NCBI GenBank assembly: GCA_002383495.1
Contig: DFZO01000022.1
Location: 4,465-68,464, forward strand
DNA length: 64,000 nt
DNA from: Syntrophaceae bacterium UBA4054
Lineage (GTDB): Bacteria > Desulfobacterota > Syntrophia > Syntrophales > UBA4778
Direction of reading: 5' to 3'
Shown here: positions 62,102-64,000 of the stretch, one piece after another
Layout: each line of letters starts with the position of its first letter
How positions within the stretch are numbered: position 1 is the first letter of the stretch
Position numbers and translations under genes: made by a program
Notes under the pieces: generated by a model
What the model was told of the DNA's origin: nothing
The model's input: only the letters and a program-made list of their open reading frames with translations
Database searches by the model: none

Positions 62102-63231
62102 GACTGATCAATATCCAGGCCGTCGCCCGAAAGGAATTCTACCATCTTATCAGGGATTACCGGAGCCTTTATCTGGCCTTCGCCCTCCCGCTTCTTCTGA
62201 TTCTTCTTTTCGGTTATGCCTTGAGCCTGGATGTGGACAACGTGAAGGTTGCGGTCGTGGATTATGACAGGACAGACACGAGCCGTGATTTTTTGCGCAA
62301 ACTGGGTGCCTCGTCCTACTTTGATGTTTTCAAATATCTTCCCAATGATAAGACAGCGACGGAATATCTGGATCATGGCTTCGCTGCCATGGCGGTCATT
62401 ATACCTCCGGGATGGTCCTCGAAGCTGAAGGCCGACCTCGCGTCTCCCCTGCAGATACTCATTGACGGAACGGATCCCAACTTTGCAAGCATAACCCGGG
62501 GCTATATCAGCGCCTTTGTCAGCGGTTACAATCAGAATCTTCTCCTGGAATTTCTCAACCGTCAGGGACAGGAGAAGATCCGGCTGCCCGTTGAGGGAAG
62601 GATAAGAGTCTGGTTCAACGAGGATCTGGAGAGCCGCAATTTCATTGTCCCCGGGATTATCGCTATCATCATCATGATTGTGGGGGCCATGCTGACCTCT
62701 CTCGTCATTGCCAAGGAGTATGAAAACGGCACCATGGAGACGCTCCTGTCCATGCCCATCCGGGCCGGGGAATTTCTGACGGGTAAGGCCATCCCCTATT
62801 TTCTTATTGCCTTTACGGATGTCCTCATCTCTGTCCTCATGGGGCAAATCCTGTTCGGCGTTGTCATGAAATCAAGTTTCTGGCTTATGATCCTGGCCGC
62901 CGCTCTTTATCTGGCCGTCGCCCTAAGTCTTGGCCTTCTGATATCCATTGTGACGAAATCTCAGCTGGTCGCGAATCAGATGGCCATTCTGGTGACCTAT
63001 CTGCCATCGCTTCTGCTTTCGGATTTTGTTTTTCCAAAGGCGAACATGCCCTTCATCATTCAGATGGTGACGTATATTATCCCTGCCACCTATTTCATTG
63101 ATATTCAGAACGGCTTGTATCTTCGTGATCTCGGACTCGCCTATCTATGGCCAAGTTACGCTGTTCTTGCGGCCATGTTTGTGATCCTGGTGCTGGTCAC
63201 CTTCCTGCGGCTGAAAAAGGAGGGAATGTGA
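62098..63231 (+). CDS. ABC-2 type transporter permease (YbhS/YbhR-like)
   Basis: N-terminal REFYHLIRDYRSL, a large periplasmic loop and six C-terminal TMs. Confidence 0.85.
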   Translation: MRLINIQAVARKEFYHLIRDYRSLYLAFALPLLLILLFGYALSLDVDNVKVAVVDYDRTDTSRDFLRKLGASSYFDVFKYLPNDKTATEYLDHGFAAMAVIIPPGWSSKLKADLASPLQILIDGTDPNFASITRGYISAFVSGYNQNLLLEFLNRQGQEKIRLPVEGRIRVWFNEDLESRNFIVPGIIAIIIMIVGAMLTSLVIAKEYENGTMETLLSMPIRAGEFLTGKAIPYFLIAFTDVLISVLMGQILFGVVMKSSFWLMILAAALYLAVALSLGLLISIVTKSQLVANQMAILVTYLPSLLLSDFVFPKANMPFIIQMVTYIIPATYFIDIQNGLYLRDLGLAYLWPSYAVLAAMFVILVLVTFLRLKKEGM

Positions 63232-64000
63232 AGATTTCGTGGCTCCGGGTCCGCGAATTGGTGCGGAAGGAATTTATCCAGTTGTTCAGGGACCCGAAAA
63301 ACAGGAGGCTTCTCATCATCTCTCCGCTCGTTCAGATCCTTGTCTTCGGCTACGTCATGTCCACAGACGTGCGGGATGTGACAGTAGCCCTGCTGGATCA
63401 GTCCCAGACCCGGGAGAGCCGGATGCTGAGGGATGCCTTCAGCGGCAACAAGATCTTCCGCATCATCTACAATCCTGGGAATTCCAGGGATCTGGAAGAA
63501 TTGCTCTTGAGACGAAAAGTCGATCTTGCCGTCAAAATCGCACCCGATTTCAGCGAAAAGATCCGGAAAGGCGAAACGGCCGACATCCAGATCCTGGCGG
63601 ACGGCAGCATGAGCAATATGGCTTCTGTGAGAATCGCTTACACCATGCTCGTCCTGGACAGGCTGAATCAGCAGCTTTTACGAGAGGTCCATCCGCTCAA
63701 ACTCGATTATGCTCAGATCGATGGCCGGGTGAGGACGTGGTATAATGTGAACCTGGACAGCCGCGATTTTTATGTCCCCGGCATTGTCGCGGTCCTCATC
63801 ATGATTCTCTCTCTTCTCTTTACGTCCATGGCCATTATCAAGGAAAAGGAAGTGGGCACCATGGAGCAGCTGATCGTTACGCCCATGAAACCCGCCGAGC
63901 TGATTTTGGGAAAGACCATCCCTTACACGATCATATCCATTGCCCAGATGGTGGTTGTCGCCATTCTCGCCGTTTTCTGGTTCGATGTTCCCATGATGGG
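63228..64000 (+). CDS. second ABC-2 type permease, 3' end cut by window edge (not in supplied ORF track)
   Basis: The GTG overlaps the previous stop (GTGA). My own translation is VKISWLRVRELVRKEFIQLFRDPKNRRLLIISPLVQILVFGY...FYVPGIVAVLIMILSLLFTSMAIIKEKEVGTMEQLIVTPMKP, open to base 64000. The track's ORF 63239..63745 is out of frame. Confidence 0.8.
   Translation, partial: MKISWLRVRELVRKEFIQLFRDPKNRRLLIISPLVQILVFGYVMSTDVRDVTVALLDQSQTRESRMLRDAFSGNKIFRIIYNPGNSRDLEELLLRRKVDLAVKIAPDFSEKIRKGETADIQILADGSMSNMASVRIAYTMLVLDRLNQQLLREVHPLKLDYAQIDGRVRTWYNVNLDSRDFYVPGIVAVLIMILSLLFTSMAIIKEKEVGTMEQLIVTPMKPAELILGKTIPYTIISIAQMVVVAILAVFWFDVPMM

Noticed and set aside
63239-63745. 168-aa ORF listed in the track
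   Set aside because: It is out of frame relative to the ABC-2 permease, which starts at GTG 63228 and stays open to the window end. Its translation (MAPGPRIGAEG...) has no membrane character.

Overview
This is a dense, GC-rich (by eye) bacterial chromosome segment with about 60 protein genes on both strands. I saw no rRNA, tRNA, CRISPR array, transposase or integrase. The gene content includes three sigma-54 activators/kinases, acyl-CoA/ETF/FixCX redox genes, ferredoxin-fused DUF362 proteins and a UGA-containing HesB-like gene. That content suggests an anaerobic, deltaproteobacterium-type (Syntrophales-like) organism, but the taxon cannot be proven from this window.

Main blocks:
- 1-9183: a sigma-54 activator followed by a sigma-54-promoted operon (CoA-transferase, AbfD-family dehydratase, acyl-CoA dehydrogenase, EtfBA, FixCX).
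- 10.7-18.9 kb: an orphan sensor kinase, a methyltransferase/NUDIX pair, an acyltransferase, Ptb, an ACT protein and an aminotransferase.
- 18.9-20.8 kb: a small toxin-antitoxin islet. It holds Phd with a decayed RelE, MazF with an RHH antitoxin, YjbQ and a nucleotidase remnant.
- 21.3-24.0 kb: an EmrA-like adaptor and a frameshifted EmrB-like pump.
- 24.5-27.1 kb: a membrane-fused spermidine-synthase-like protein coupled to DUF362-ferredoxin.
- 27.3-32.4 kb: a partly AT-rich cluster of exported proteins ending in a lipoprotein TPR-CHAT (caspase-like) protease.
- 36-40 kb: MBL hydrolase, then a CdaA-YbbR fusion, then a TM0106-type RecB-like nuclease.
- 40.9-41.2 kb: a HesB-like gene interrupted by an in-frame UGA with a SECIS-like hairpin, a probable selenoprotein.
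- Remainder: HrpA, MoaC, PdxT, a CpxP/ZraP-like + kinase + sigma-54 regulator module, sirtuin/NRDE/NUDIX genes, and a TetR-controlled HlyD + 2xABC + 2xABC-2 efflux system that runs off the 3' edge.

Intergenic DNA is filled with at least two families of short palindromic / MITE-like repeats. Three gene disruptions all sit at homopolymer runs, so they may be assembly errors rather than real pseudogenes.
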